Part shown: piece after piece, positions 11,130 to 22,885 of the stretch
How the letters are laid out: every line of letters starts with the position of its first letter
Numbering within the stretch: the stretch's first letter is position 1
Source of the DNA: an uncultured Methanosarcinaceae archaeon
GTDB lineage: Archaea > Halobacteriota > Methanosarcinia > Methanosarcinales > Methanosarcinaceae
Assembly (NCBI GenBank): GCA_963727895.1
Contig: CAVSHT010000011.1
Span: 32,001 to 96,000, forward strand
DNA length: 64,000 bases
Direction of reading: 5' to 3'
The notes under the pieces: model-generated
Told to the model about the DNA's origin: nothing
Database searches by the model: none
What the model saw: the letters and a program-made list of their open reading frames with translations, nothing else
Made by a program: the position numbers and the translations under genes

Positions 11130-12596
11130 TTACCTAGCTACAAAATCAAACCCATTTTCTGCAGCGACCTGTTTAAAGTACTTTTCAATATGATTTCCTT
11201 CCTTTTTTGAAAAACCTGCGTCACGAGCTAGTTTATCAAGTACCTTTTGAACTCCTGTCCCATACTGAATTGCTTTCTTTTCTTTCCAGAGAAGTTCCGA
11301 TGAAAGCAAGTCTTCTGCAGCTTTTCTCAGAATGTATTTTCTTATATAGAGGTCATTTCTTTTAAGGACCTTAAGTTCAGGTCTGATTGCAAGCGCTGTT
11401 TTTATTACATTTTTATCCAGAAAAGGAACCCTGAGCTCTACGGAGTTAGCCATGGTAACCATGTCATCCCTTTCAAGATTTACCGTTGAGATCTTTTTAA
11501 GGTCTGAGTAGATCTCTCTATCAAGTACCTCTGGACCCTGCTCAAAAAAGCCTTCATGCCTGCTGTAACCGCCAAATAGTTCGTCTGCACCCTGCCCTGT
11601 AAGAAGGACTCTTTTCCCGTCTTCTTTTGCAGTTTTTGCAACAAAGTATAAAGGAAGCCCGATTGCAATTTTCGTTGGGTCCGTTGATTCAGTAGCATAA
11701 ATCACGCTCTGAACTGCAGCTTCAATCTCTTCAGGTGAAAGGAGATGAATCTTGAGAGAATCGCTCATTCCAGCAGTTTCAGCCGCATATTGTGCCTGGA
11801 TAAGATCATGAGAATCTGGAAGTCCAACTGAATAAAGGGAAATCGAATCGTCAATATTTTTTGCAAGGGCAGCTAAAAATGTACTGTCAATGCCTCCTGA
11901 AAATGCAATTCCTGAATTTTTTGTAAGCCTTATTTTTACAGCTTTTTCAAGAGCCGCCTTCAGGCAGGAAGCTGCTTCGTATTCTTCCGAGATCATTTTT
12001 TCAGGAAACTCAATTTTAAGGGATTTTTCTTCAAGCTTCCCGTTTTGAGTTTTGAAATTTATTATGCTACCAGGTGGGAAAGGCTTGATATCAGTATCCA
12101 GACTGGAAAAAGCTTTTTTTTCCGAAGCAAAATTAATTTTTGGTTTTCCAGCATCCATTTTGAGAGAATAAAAAAGAGGTTTAACTCCTACAGAGTCTCT
12201 GGCTAATACAAGTTCATCATCTAATATATAGGCTAAAGCGTAATCTCCGTTTACTCTGGAAAGAGTAGAAAAGACCGCATTTAGAAGGTTTTCTCCTTCC
12301 TTTATTTTCGTTTCTATGAGGTTAAAAAGTACTTCAGTATCGGAATCGGTCTTTATTTCCTGTTCGGTAGCAAGTTCCCTGAAATTGAAGATTTCTCCAT
12401 TGAATACAAAAGCCCCTTCTCCAATTAGAGGCTGAGACATGTTGCCTGTGATTTTAAGTAAAGTGTTTCCTATACTAAGTCCTTCAGCCTGATAGGTTCC
12501 GCAAGCATCAGGTCCTCTGTGCTCGAGAGTTTCCAGCATTCTTTGTACTTTTTCGTTTGTATCAGGAGTTCCTGCTGCTCCTGCTATTCCGCACAT
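11130..12596 (-). CDS. asnB: Asparagine synthase (glutamine-hydrolysing)
   Basis: MCGIAG, HRGPD, NGEIFN, SGGIDS, TGQGADELFGGY, ELRVPFLD. Confidence 0.92.
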   Translation of the reverse strand: MCGIAGAAGTPDTNEKVQRMLETLEHRGPDACGTYQAEGLSIGNTLLKITGNMSQPLIGEGAFVFNGEIFNFRELATEQEIKTDSDTEVLFNLIETKIKEGENLLNAVFSTLSRVNGDYALAYILDDELVLARDSVGVKPLFYSLKMDAGKPKINFASEKKAFSSLDTDIKPFPPGSIINFKTQNGKLEEKSLKIEFPEKMISEEYEAASCLKAALEKAVKIRLTKNSGIAFSGGIDSTFLAALAKNIDDSISLYSVGLPDSHDLIQAQYAAETAGMSDSLKIHLLSPEEIEAAVQSVIYATESTDPTKIAIGLPLYFVAKTAKEDGKRVLLTGQGADELFGGYSRHEGFFEQGPEVLDREIYSDLKKISTVNLERDDMVTMANSVELRVPFLDKNVIKTALAIRPELKVLKRNDLYIRKYILRKAAEDLLSSELLWKEKKAIQYGTGVQKVLDKLARDAGFSKKEGNHIEKYFKQVAAENGFDFVAR

Positions 12597-13160
12597 GTTT
12601 GCTCCTTTTTCTTTATTCGGTGTATACACGCACTCTATCTCTATATATTATTTTTCCAATTAAAAAGAAAATACTAAATCTGGAACAGTAAAGACTGTAA
12701 ATTTATGAATATTAAAAAGTATAAACTTAAGAATATACTTGGGATTACTGATTCGAAAGTTGTGAAAATTAATTATTTAAAACTCGCCAGAATTACGAAT
12801 TCTAAAAGAAAAAACCATTTTTGTCAAATTTGGGTTCTGGCTTTTGTCATTCCTTCATCTGGAGATTTTTCCATTACTATTTCTATTGCATATAATGGAT
12901 CTCCTTTCAGGGCAGCAGATTTATTGCACTTTTTTCGTCTCCTATCCAGACTGAGTTTGCGCAGTAAATACAACAGCAACGAGTTAGATATAGTTTATTT
13001 TTAGGTTTATAGTCGCTGCAACAGTTACTTCCTCGGAGAACTCCGTGTCTGCAGAGAACAAGTTGCCTTGTAAGATGCAACTCATATTCAAGGCTTTTCT
13101 GGCTATAGCTCTGGCTGTTCGGCTCATTAAAATCCAGAATTTCACCCCATAATATAATTG

Positions 13161-13903
13161 GGCATTGGTAATTAAAAATAGATATATATGCTTATAACAT
13201 ATATTTCTTCATGAACTGCCCCCAGATGCAATAGTTCTAATTACAAAAAGAATGGTATAGTTGGCGGGCGTCAACGGTACAAATGCTCTGATTGTGGCTA
13301 TAACTATATAGTAGAGCTAAAATCAACTGCTTTTTCCGTCTCTGTTAAAAAACAGGCTTTACAACTTTACCTTGAAGGATTGGGCTTTCGCTAAATAGGA
13401 AGAGTTTTAGGGGTGAGTCATGTTTCTGTCCAAAAATGGATACAGAAATTTGGTCAGGAGTTAGAGGACCTAAAAAGCGAAAATGAGATATCTATTGTTG
13501 AAATGGATGAGATGCACACTTACATCGGTAACAAAAAAAATATTGCTGGATCTGGATTGCTGTTGATAGAGTTGGGAAAAAGTTTATCAACTGCTCTTTT
13601 GATAGCAGAGGAACGGAAACTGGAAAACTACTCTGGGAAAAATTGAAGAAAAAAGAGATTGGAGAAGTGATGACAGATCACTGGAGAGCATATGCAGAGT
13701 TTCTTCCAGAAAAGAGTCATACTCAATCAAAAGCAGAAACGTATACTGTTGAAGGAGATATAACAGCATATTGAGGCACTTTCTGGCAAGGTTGAGAAGA
13801 AAAACAAAGTGTTATACGAAGAGTCTTGAAATGCTAAAGTACTCGGTTATTCTATTGATGAAATAAAGAAATAAAGAACTAGATATATTTAAGTAACAAT
13901 GCC
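13161..13903 (+). mobile_element. IS1-family insertion sequence, defective
   Basis: GGCATTG...CAATGCC ends; perfect 8-bp TSD TATAATTG; near-identical to 9030-9792. Confidence 0.92.
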
Positions 13904-14161
13904 TATAATTGCATTATATACTATTAAAATTTTCTAAATTTACATTTTAATAACAAAAACATATTTCTGAATATAACAATTCAGGACCAGAATAAACGAG
14001 GAGAAAAAGATCCAGAGATGACTTAAAAAAGACTAGATAATAATATCTGGATTGCTACAGGAGAATGTAAACTAAAGACTACAGAATAATGTAAACTAAA
14101 TAACCTGAGAAAACCGAAAAAAGAGAAATAGGAAAGTCTGAAAATTTATCTATTCTTGTTT

Positions 14162-14317
14162 TTACTCCGGTTTTTCATCTGTCATATAGCACCCGAAATA
14201 AGTATTTTGTTCTACTTTTTTCAGAATATTATTAATGTTTTCAAGCGAGATTTCTATGTTTTCCATTCTCTTTTCTATATTCTCAATTTTAGCAAGAATT
14301 TCTTGTTCAGTTGTCAA
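14162..14317 (-). CDS. Small 51-aa coiled-coil protein (below the ORF-track cut-off)
   Basis: GGAGATGA SD then TTG; MTTEQEILAKIENIEKRMENIEISLENINNILKKVEQNTYFGCYMTDEKPE. Confidence 0.6.
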   Translation of the reverse strand: MTTEQEILAKIENIEKRMENIEISLENINNILKKVEQNTYFGCYMTDEKPE

Positions 14318-14531
14318 ACTTTCATCTCCATATAGAGATAATAGTGGTTAATAAACAGTTCATAAAGCAGTGAAAATGTATTGCTTTATATATTATTCAC
14401 AATTCATATAGACATCGGAAGACACATAAAGCTTAAACAGAAAGCAGCCAGGACTCAAATATAATATCGGAAGTGGAAATGAATAAATAATGATATTAAT
14501 AAAAAATAAAATAAAGTTATAAAACAAGTAA

Positions 14532-14810
14532 TTACTTATTTTCCCAAAATTCTTTGGCTTCTTCTTCCATTTCTTCCAGCCTGTCATAATAATCCGGGAA
14601 CTCGTTCAGATGAGCCAGGGTAATTTTTCCTGTCATAATAGGATCGTCATTAGTAACGTTTGTCAAAGGGTCCTGAGTCCCATGTTCTAACTCTACATCC
14701 ATACCTCTGCGAAACTGGTCAACATCGAATTTACCCCATTTTATCCCAAGCTGTTCTCCAACTGCTTTTGCCTCTTCAGCTGTAAATTGCTTTTTTTCCA
14801 AAATACTCAC
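14532..14810 (-). CDS. Conserved hypothetical protein (DUF5661-like)
   Basis: GMDVELEHG...LAHLNEFPDYYDRL motif. Confidence 0.7.
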   Translation of the reverse strand: MSILEKKQFTAEEAKAVGEQLGIKWGKFDVDQFRRGMDVELEHGTQDPLTNVTNDDPIMTGKITLAHLNEFPDYYDRLEEMEEEAKEFWENK

Positions 14811-14974
14811 TCCAACTAATTATTTAATCTATAACAATTATATTGTTAATATATATGTACTTAAGATTTTCCTTTAAAACCAGGCTATATATTATTGGCT
14901 ATGCACAGAGGGGCATCAGATTCAGAGCAAAATGTTTTGATTAATAGAGATCTATGCATAAAAAAGAGTCAGAT

Positions 14975-15448
14975 ATGTCAAATAAAGATCAGTTATTTAT
15001 GAGAAGAGCAATCGAGCTTTCCTTTGAGAATGTAAAAAACGGTGGAGGCCCTTTTGGGGCATTAATAGTCAGAAATAGGAAAATCCTTGCAGAGAGCTAT
15101 AATCTGGTAACTGTACTTAATGATCCTACAGCCCATGCCGAGATAAACGTAATAAGAGAAGCATCAAGGAAACTCAAAACCTTTGACCTCAGTGGATGTG
15201 TTATCTATTCTTCCTGTGAGCCCTGTCCAATGTGTCTTGGAGCTATCTATTGGGCCAGGATTGACAAAGTCTTTTTTGCCAACACGAAGTTCGATGCTCA
15301 AAAGATAGGCTTTGCAGATTGTCGAATTTATAAAGAGATTTCACTTCCACCTCAGGAAAGAAATATAGAATTCAAACAACTACTAAGAGAAGAAGCGCTA
15401 AAGGCTTTTAAAGAATGGGAAAAGTCAGAAAATAAGATTGAATACTGA
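14975..15448 (+). CDS. Guanine/nucleoside deaminase, Zn-dependent (CDA fold)
   Basis: GGPFGA, DPTAHAE, CEPCPMC. Confidence 0.88.
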   Translation: MSNKDQLFMRRAIELSFENVKNGGGPFGALIVRNRKILAESYNLVTVLNDPTAHAEINVIREASRKLKTFDLSGCVIYSSCEPCPMCLGAIYWARIDKVFFANTKFDAQKIGFADCRIYKEISLPPQERNIEFKQLLREEALKAFKEWEKSENKIEY

Positions 15449-15581
15449 GAATAATCAAAAAATACGCATAAACGAAGACAGAGCCAGATTTATCGCAATT
15501 AAAAACTTTATATCTAAATTAAGATTTCTTTTTCTCTGAAATACTGGATAACTATTTACCTGCTATGATCCTATTTTTCTC

Positions 15582-16679
15582 ATGATTTTTGACCCTATTA
15601 AAGTCTGCAATTTAGAACTCCAGAACCGCTTTGTAAGGTCCGCAACACACGAATTTCTAGCTAAAGAAGATGGAACGCCCACTTCCAGACTCGGAGACCT
15701 ATATGAAGAACTTGCAAAAAATGAAGTGGGGCTGATCATAACAGGCTATTCCTATGTTCTTCCAGGCGGGCAGAGTGATATCTACCAGCAGGGAATCTAT
15801 GATGATCGTTTTATTGAACCCTATCGGAAGATAACTGAAAGAGTGCACAGGTATAAAAGCAAAATTGTGCTCCAGATTGTGCATGCAGGTCGGCAGGCAA
15901 GTATTTCAGAAGAATATCTTGTTCCTATGGCTCCTTCAGAGGTAAAAGACAGCCATTCGGCAGTTGTGCCCAGAGAAATGACCGAAGAAGAAATCCTGAA
16001 GGTAATTGAAGCTTTTACAAAAGCAGCTGTCAGGGCGAAAAAAGCAGGTTTTGATGGGGTACAGCTCCACTGTGCTCACGGCTTTCTCTTAAGTAATTTT
16101 ATTTCTCCTTATACCAACAGGCGGACTGACCATTGGGGAGGATCAGTAGAAAACCGGACAAGAATAATCACGGAAATTGTCAAGCGCATAAAAGAAGAAA
16201 CAAGAGATTCTTTTCCAGTTCTGGTCAAACTGAATTCAACAGATGGTTTTCAGCCCTGTTGCTCAAAGGCTGAACTTGGACTTGACATTTTCCAGGCAGT
16301 GGAAATTGCAAAGTTTCTGGAGAAAGCTGGAGTCTGTGCAATTGAGGTTAGTGGAGGGATAAGTGAAGCCGGTGGGGTTACTATAAGGACTGCAATTAAC
16401 TCTCCTGCCAAAGAAGCTTATTTTAAAGACTGCTCTAAAGCGATAAAAAATGCAGTGAATATTCCAGTTATTCTTGTAGGTGGCATCAGATCACTTTCGG
16501 TTATTAATGACCTGCTTAAAAACGAAGTTGCAGATTTGGTTTCAATGAGCAGGACATTTATCAGTGAACCTGATATTGTCTTGAAATTCAAATCAGGGGA
16601 GGTTAAAAAGACAAGATGCGTATCCTGTAATCTCTGTTTTGATCCTGAAGGAATCAGGTGTAATTTCCAGTTTGATTAA
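15582..16679 (+). CDS. NADH:flavin oxidoreductase (Old Yellow Enzyme family)
   Basis: NRFVRSATHE, AGFDGVQLHCAHGFLL, NRRTD.WGGS; C-terminal CVSCNLC. Confidence 0.9.
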   Translation: MIFDPIKVCNLELQNRFVRSATHEFLAKEDGTPTSRLGDLYEELAKNEVGLIITGYSYVLPGGQSDIYQQGIYDDRFIEPYRKITERVHRYKSKIVLQIVHAGRQASISEEYLVPMAPSEVKDSHSAVVPREMTEEEILKVIEAFTKAAVRAKKAGFDGVQLHCAHGFLLSNFISPYTNRRTDHWGGSVENRTRIITEIVKRIKEETRDSFPVLVKLNSTDGFQPCCSKAELGLDIFQAVEIAKFLEKAGVCAIEVSGGISEAGGVTIRTAINSPAKEAYFKDCSKAIKNAVNIPVILVGGIRSLSVINDLLKNEVADLVSMSRTFISEPDIVLKFKSGEVKKTRCVSCNLCFDPEGIRCNFQFD

Positions 16680-16994
16680 GGATTTTATTAAACTTCCATT
16701 TTAAATAAAGATTGAACTTTACTTTTTTTGGTTAAAAACTGGAGTTTCTACTTTTTTCCTACCAATTTAGCCTCCGGAGATAATTAAGTAGATTTTCGAT
16801 AAAACCTGCAATAGCAGTAGTCATAATAAGATCTATACTAAGTAATGGGGGGCCATACTGAGTTCCGTTAATAAGCCAACTTTTTTATAATAGATAGATG
16901 CAAAAGAGATAAGCTTTCAAGGCTATCAATAGGATTCGGGTTTATGTTTTTTTGCCGGATCTGCTACCCTTATAATTTGAGAGGAAATCAAAAA

Positions 16995-17573
16995 ATGCCA
17001 GAAGAGAACCGTATCGGTAGTAAGATACGCCAGCTTAGAGAAGCCAGAGAAATGACCGTTGAAGAACTGGCTGAAGCTAGTCAAAGCAGCGAGGAATTAA
17101 TTCAGCAGTTGGAAAACGGAGCTCTTGTTCCATCTTTAACGCCTCTTTTGAAGATTGCGCGGGCTTTAGGTGTCCGTCTCGGTACTTTTTTGGATGATAT
17201 GCCTCAGAGCGGACCTGTAATTGTCAAATCAGGACAATCAGAGGATGTAGTCCGTTTTTCAGGAAAAACTGAAAGACCTAAAAAGAGTGCTCTTGAATTT
17301 TATTCTCTTGCCCCAGATAAAGCAGATCGCCATATGGAACCTTTTGTTATTGATATCCATCCTTCTCCTAAAGAAAGCCACAAGCTCTCTTCTCACGAAG
17401 GAGAGGAGTTTATCTATGTCCTTTCAGGAGATATTGAGATTTTCTACGGGAAGGATGTTATTAAATTGAATTCAGGAGACAGCATATATTATGATTCCAT
17501 TGTTCCTCATGATGTTCATACGGAAGGGGAAAGTGATGCAAGAATCCTGGCTGTAATCTATGCTCCTGTGTAA
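16995..17573 (+). CDS. XRE-family HTH plus cupin transcriptional regulator
   Basis: N-terminal [15 protein letters not shown]...[10 protein letters not shown]. Confidence 0.9.
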   Translation: MPEENRIGSKIRQLREAREMTVEELAEASQSSEELIQQLENGALVPSLTPLLKIARALGVRLGTFLDDMPQSGPVIVKSGQSEDVVRFSGKTERPKKSALEFYSLAPDKADRHMEPFVIDIHPSPKESHKLSSHEGEEFIYVLSGDIEIFYGKDVIKLNSGDSIYYDSIVPHDVHTEGESDARILAVIYAPV

Positions 17574-17674
17574 AACCGCAATGCGTAGATAAAAGAGTGA
17601 GAACTTTAGCTTAAAACGGAAAGTTCTGGATTTAAAAATTAGATACAAGTATTTCAGAGTTAAGGTAATCCAAA

Positions 17675-18118
17675 ATGTTTAGTACAATTGTTAGTCCACG
17701 CTTTGGGGACATAGACGGGCTTGGACATGTGAATAACACTGTTCTCCCTGTCTGGTTCGAAACTGGAAGAAACTCCGTATTCAGGCTTTTTTCACCAGAC
17801 CTTGATCTCAGCCCTGATGTATGGCACCTTATTCTGGTCAGGACTGAATTTGATTTTCTGCACCAGATGTACTTCAGGTCTGACGTAGAGATCAGGACTT
17901 ATATTGCAAAAATAGGAAATACTTCCTTTACCGTTGGGCATGAAGCATGGCAAGAAGGAGAGCTTAAGGTCAAAGGCCAGGCAGTTCTTGTCTATTACGA
18001 CTTCAAGCTTCAGAAAGCAATTCCACTTCCTGATTCGATCCGGAATATTCTGAAAGCTCACATGCTTCCTGCGATGGATACAAAAGAAACAGATGCAGAT
18101 TCACCCTGTTCAATCTGA
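17675..18118 (+). CDS. Acyl-CoA thioesterase (4HBT/YbgC hot-dog fold)
   Basis: RFGDIDGLGHVNN motif. Confidence 0.88.
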   Translation: MFSTIVSPRFGDIDGLGHVNNTVLPVWFETGRNSVFRLFSPDLDLSPDVWHLILVRTEFDFLHQMYFRSDVEIRTYIAKIGNTSFTVGHEAWQEGELKVKGQAVLVYYDFKLQKAIPLPDSIRNILKAHMLPAMDTKETDADSPCSI

Positions 18119-18684
18119 ACATACTTGCCTCCTGCGGGAAAGCAAGAAGTAGAAAAGTGAAGTTTTTGGGAACGGCTAGTGCATTGAATTTATAGATATC
18201 GCTGTTTTCGTGGCTAAAGTGTTATAACAGGTATGATTGTTAGCCGTTCCTAATTGATTTTTTACAATCAGCCATGTATATTTTTGCGTATTTTATTTGA
18301 GATGGGTACATTTACCCTTCCCTTGGAAAAATAGTTCAAATTAATTTTTTTCTATGTCATGATATGGACTTCTGCTTCAAAATTCCGAATTACTGTAGTT
18401 GATTCATTGGGTTTTGAGATATTAAAGAATTTTTCTCCGATTAGAAAAGCCATGCATGAGGATGCATTTTTATATTTGTTGGGATATAGAATGAAAGTTG
18501 AGTCCACCTGACTTTTATAGTCGAACTAGAAAAGAATAATGCGATTAATATATCGAAATATAGTATTAACAACAAATTTGTAGTATTGTGAAATATCTAT
18601 TTTATTCCTAAGATGCGCAGTCCCTAAAACACATATACTAAAGACCTTAAGTTATTTAAGAAAACAAAAAAATGAGGTAATTCA

Positions 18685-18990
18685 ATGCTAGGCGCAGAGG
18701 AACTTATACCGATTTTCATACTAGTTGTGCTCCTTTTTGGGGCAAATAAACTTCCTGAATTAGCTCGATCCATGGGGAGTGCGATGGGAGAATTCAAAAA
18801 AGCTCAGATGGAATCTGAACAAAATCTGAGAGAGTTTGAAAAATCCATAAAAGAACCCACCGTTGTAAAGAGCAAGATACAGGAAACAGCTGAAAAAATT
18901 GGAATTGATATAAGGGGCAAGACCGACGACCAGCTTCTCGATGCAATACAGAAATCAACTGACAAGCAAAATGAAGTTTCACAGCCATGA
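18685..18990 (+). CDS. tatA: Twin-arginine translocase TatA/E subunit
   Basis: TM helix, LLFGANKLPELARSMGSAMGEFKK. Confidence 0.9.
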   Translation: MLGAEELIPIFILVVLLFGANKLPELARSMGSAMGEFKKAQMESEQNLREFEKSIKEPTVVKSKIQETAEKIGIDIRGKTDDQLLDAIQKSTDKQNEVSQP

Positions 18991-19694
18991 AAGGCGCTTG
19001 AGATTAGAAATATGAAAAAATTTAGATGTTTAAAGCATACATAGTTCTATTTAAAAAATAGGTTGTTTTTATCTCCTATTTATCAGTGTGATCTAAAATA
19101 GAGAATTGATTTTATCTTAAGGGTCAGTTGACGGCTTTATCAAAGTGTCAACTGAACGATTGAATTTTGAACAATTTACTGAAAAAGTCTGATTTTTTGA
19201 TGTTTTTTAGGACAAACTTTAGTTTCCAGTATACAATTCTATTAATTTTATGAATTATTTCAATTAATTGTCAACTTATTGTACATACAATATCAGGAAT
19301 TTATCATAATAGGATCCATTAGACATTGTTCCATAATTTATTAAGTAACTAAGCAATAGTGTTCAAAAAGACTCAGCGATCTAAAACGTTGGGATTTTTG
19401 TGCAGAGAAAAAAGGTTCTTTTTTTAGAAGTTCACAACACATAATCTTTGGTCATCAAAACCATGTATTACGTCGTATCTTTTAATCAATTTACCACTGG
19501 AATTATAGAATGATCTGTTTATATAGTATGATATAAGAAAAAGGAAAGATATTTCTGGTTAATATAATATAAATATTTCATATATCATATTTACTATTTA
19601 CTAACCAAATGAGAAACTTCACTGCAAGTGTTTTATGAAATCGTCGTATAATTTCTTAATAGCAAACTGTTATTCATTTTCTGAGGTGTTCATA

Positions 19695-20711
19695 TTGAGA
19701 AAATTAAATGTCGATATCGAATAGTTCAAAAGACTCTATAATAATGGAATGAACGATAAAGAAATCGCTAATATTCTCGACTTTTCTCAATCTACTGCAC
19801 GCAACATACGCTGCAATTTAGGGTTGCCGTCACTAGTGAGTAGTCGCAAACCCACCGTACCAGTAGTTATAGACCATAAAGAACTCAAAAGGCTTTTCGA
19901 AAAAGGTCTTAGTGACAATGAAATTAGTGAATTTTTTGGTGTAAGTGAGAATACAATCTTGAAACATCGCCAAATTCTAGGTTTATTAAGATGGAAAAAG
20001 TGGGAAAGAACAGCTGATAACATCGAAAAATTCAAGCATCTTTATTATGAAGGTTTAAGTGACAGAAAGATCGGAAATATTCTTGGTATATGTATTGACA
20101 CAGCAAGGAAAACTCGTCACGACCTAAGGTTAACTCCACAGCCATTAAGTAGGAAATATGTTAACATTGAGGAATTAAAACATTACATGGCTATAGGACT
20201 TACTGATAAAGAAATTGGCGCTATTTTCGGTGTTAGTGATCGTACTATTTATGAAAGACGCTGTGATATAGGTTTATTCCTACGCAAGAAACAAACTTTG
20301 TTTGAGAACATAAACATAGATGATTTCAAAAAGCTATATACAGAAGGCATGAGTGATGTAAGGATCGCAAAAGCACTTGGTGTACAAGATCAAGTATTAA
20401 TAAGAGAAATACGCAATAATCTCGGACTTGCACCGAATAATGGGAAAAAACACTTGAAAATGCGTGAACTATATGACTTAGAGTTGTCTGATAATAAAAT
20501 TGCCGAAACACTCTAAGTTAGGAAACACGATGTCACTACATGGCGTCAAAGCCACGAATTGCCTGCAAATAATTATGGTGATGAGGTCACAGACGCTCAA
20601 AATGTTAAGTTATCAAACCCCATAAAAGAAAAGTCGATTCGAATTGATTTGGAATCGCTTTTTTATGATACAGAATTTCTTGAGAACTATCTTCAAAAAG
20701 AGATTACGTAA
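19695..20711 (+). pseudogene. Multi-HTH-repeat protein with in-frame TAG (19722) and TAA (20514)
   Basis: About six repeats of FKxLYxxGxSDxxIAxxLGV; repeat pattern continues in frame before the TAG and after the TAA. Confidence 0.7.
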
Positions 20712-20843
20712 TGATTTAGTATTATGATCCATCTAAAGTCTTGAATAAAAACCGGAAAATGGGTTAATCAAAGCATCGGTTTCGAATCTTAAAAACGCTT
20801 AGGCTCAATATTGCGCGTCTTATTCTCTTATTTGAGAGGTTAG

Positions 20844-21377
20844 TCATCGAACTGTTCTTGTGTTGCTGCCCCGATTCTTTTCAGAGGTCTTATTGCGAGC
20901 GCAACGAGAATGACGGGCACTACGATCTCTAAGACATTTCTCCGGTTCGATTCGTATTGCTTTCTTAAATGCTTGCATAGCTTCATTGTACTTCTTAAGG
21001 ATTCCTAAAATAATTCCTTTATTATGCCATGCCTATGCATTCTCCGGTTCGGTTTCTAGCACTTTCTCAAATACTTGCAGAGCCTCATCATACTTTTTAA
21101 TATTTCTCAAAGTAATTCCTTTATCAATCAAAGCGTCAATGTCATCTAACTTACGTTTAGATAGCTTTAGGGCATTGTCTTTAATCAATGTATCAGGATT
21201 CTCTGGTTCCATTTTGATCTCTTTAACGAAGACCCTCAAATCATATCGTGTTTTACCGTTTTTAGGAATGTAATCCCGTCCAATGTAGCAATTACCAGTA
21301 GCGCCTATTACCCTATCTGGAATCTCAATCCAAACATCGGCATTAAGGCAATGAAATCTGTCAGGAGGTTCAGACAT
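20844..21377 (-). pseudogene. TPR protein interrupted by in-frame TAG at 21033-21035 (or amber read-through)
   Basis: EPENA*AWHNKGIILGILKKYNEAMQAFKKAIRIEP continues the TPR pattern in frame. Confidence 0.65.
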
Positions 21378-21832
21378 ATTTTTGCATCTCCATATTACCT
21401 ACATATTTTAATTATATTTAAATGCTTGAATCATCTTATATAAATGATTAAAACAAAATATTCATGAAAAGTAGACACTCAAATTAACAGACAAAAAACA
21501 AAGTTAAGAAGACGTATTAATATCTCAACGAGGAATTTCAAAATATTTCATTATATTACTATTAAATATTTCTAAGCCATTTATTTCCAAATTAAGTGAT
21601 TAATATAAGAAGTAATTACATGGATAAATTGATCAGATTTCTGCTATATTTCATAGTACTATGTTTATATTGTTATCATCGGTTTCATACTTTAGGCAGG
21701 TAATGTTTTAAATCATATTTTATAACGAAACTGGACAGAAGATTACAGCATACATACACAAACTCTTGAAACATTAATTTTCATTAGAAAATATCCAATT
21801 ATAAAAGAAATAGGACATAGATAAACTCCCCT

Positions 21833-22885
21833 TTATGTAAAAGCTTCAATGCATTCAATATTACCAGGACCACGCCATTTCATGATATATGCTCCGCTTT
21901 CATCTATGTATAGAAAACGTATTTGTATAACACATTATTCCATTGTATTCTATGTCTTTCCCAATCCAGCACCCAGTATTAAGAAATAATTTCGTTCCTG
22001 CTTTTGTTATTAGCTCATAAGAACTTGCAAAATGGGTATGACCAAAAACAATAACATCTGAATCTATAGTTTCCTTATTTTTCTGGTAATATCTATGTTT
22101 AATGACCTGTTCTGCAGTCTTGTCCATAGGTCTCGTGGAGTTGTAAATAATTCCTTGGGTATTGGCAACAATACCAGGAATAGAACTTAATGCAAAAAAA
22201 CCAATAATCATAGCCCAAGATAGATTATCAAAGAAACTCGGTTGTGGAAAATCTCTCATTAAAAAATATTTTTCACAAATTAACAGGAATAAAAATATAA
22301 CAAAGTTTGCTTTCCAGTATTTTTTAGTAAATTTCACATTGAAAAGATCTTGAAACCAGTTAATAGGATTCCATAATTTATTGATATGCTTTAAAATAGC
22401 TTGATTTTTATCGAACTGATGACCATGTAGAAAAAAATATGACCTGTTTCCAATTTTAATACCATGTGCTTTACCAGATTTCTTGTCTTTTTTAGGATAA
22501 TACCTATTGTAAATAACAAATCTTTTTCCATTATTTAAAATATCAAAATTGTCCTTTCCTTCAAGCTCACCCAAAGAGTCATCATGGTTACCAACTACAT
22601 ATATCTTGTCGCAATTAATGGTAGAAAGTAAATAAAAAGGTCTCGCAAAATCTTTGATAATGTTGTTTCTGTCACCATTCTTTGGATTCCATAAATCCAA
22701 GATATCTCCTAAGAGAATTATTTTGTCAGGTTTTTTAATTGTGACCTCTTCTTTATCCTTGTATTTTATAATCTAGGTTGGTTTTCCAAATCATGCATCC
22801 ACTTAAGGAAATCACAAAAATCTTTATGATTACACTCTTCATTGCCTAAATGGACATCTGAGATAACTATATAAGATTGCTTCAT
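21833..22885 (-). pseudogene. Calcineurin-like metallophosphoesterase (LpxH-like) with two TM helices, two frameshifts
   Basis: ISDVHLG, LLGDILDLW, GNHD, HGH, FGHTH, NTGCW spread over three segments; shifts near 22775 and 21914. Confidence 0.8.

Noticed and set aside
12705..13004. 99-aa plus-strand ORF
   Set aside because: No recognisable features; overlaps a better minus-strand candidate
9030..13903. Composite transposon of two inverted IS1 copies carrying asnB
   Set aside because: Each copy has its own TSD, so these are independent insertions
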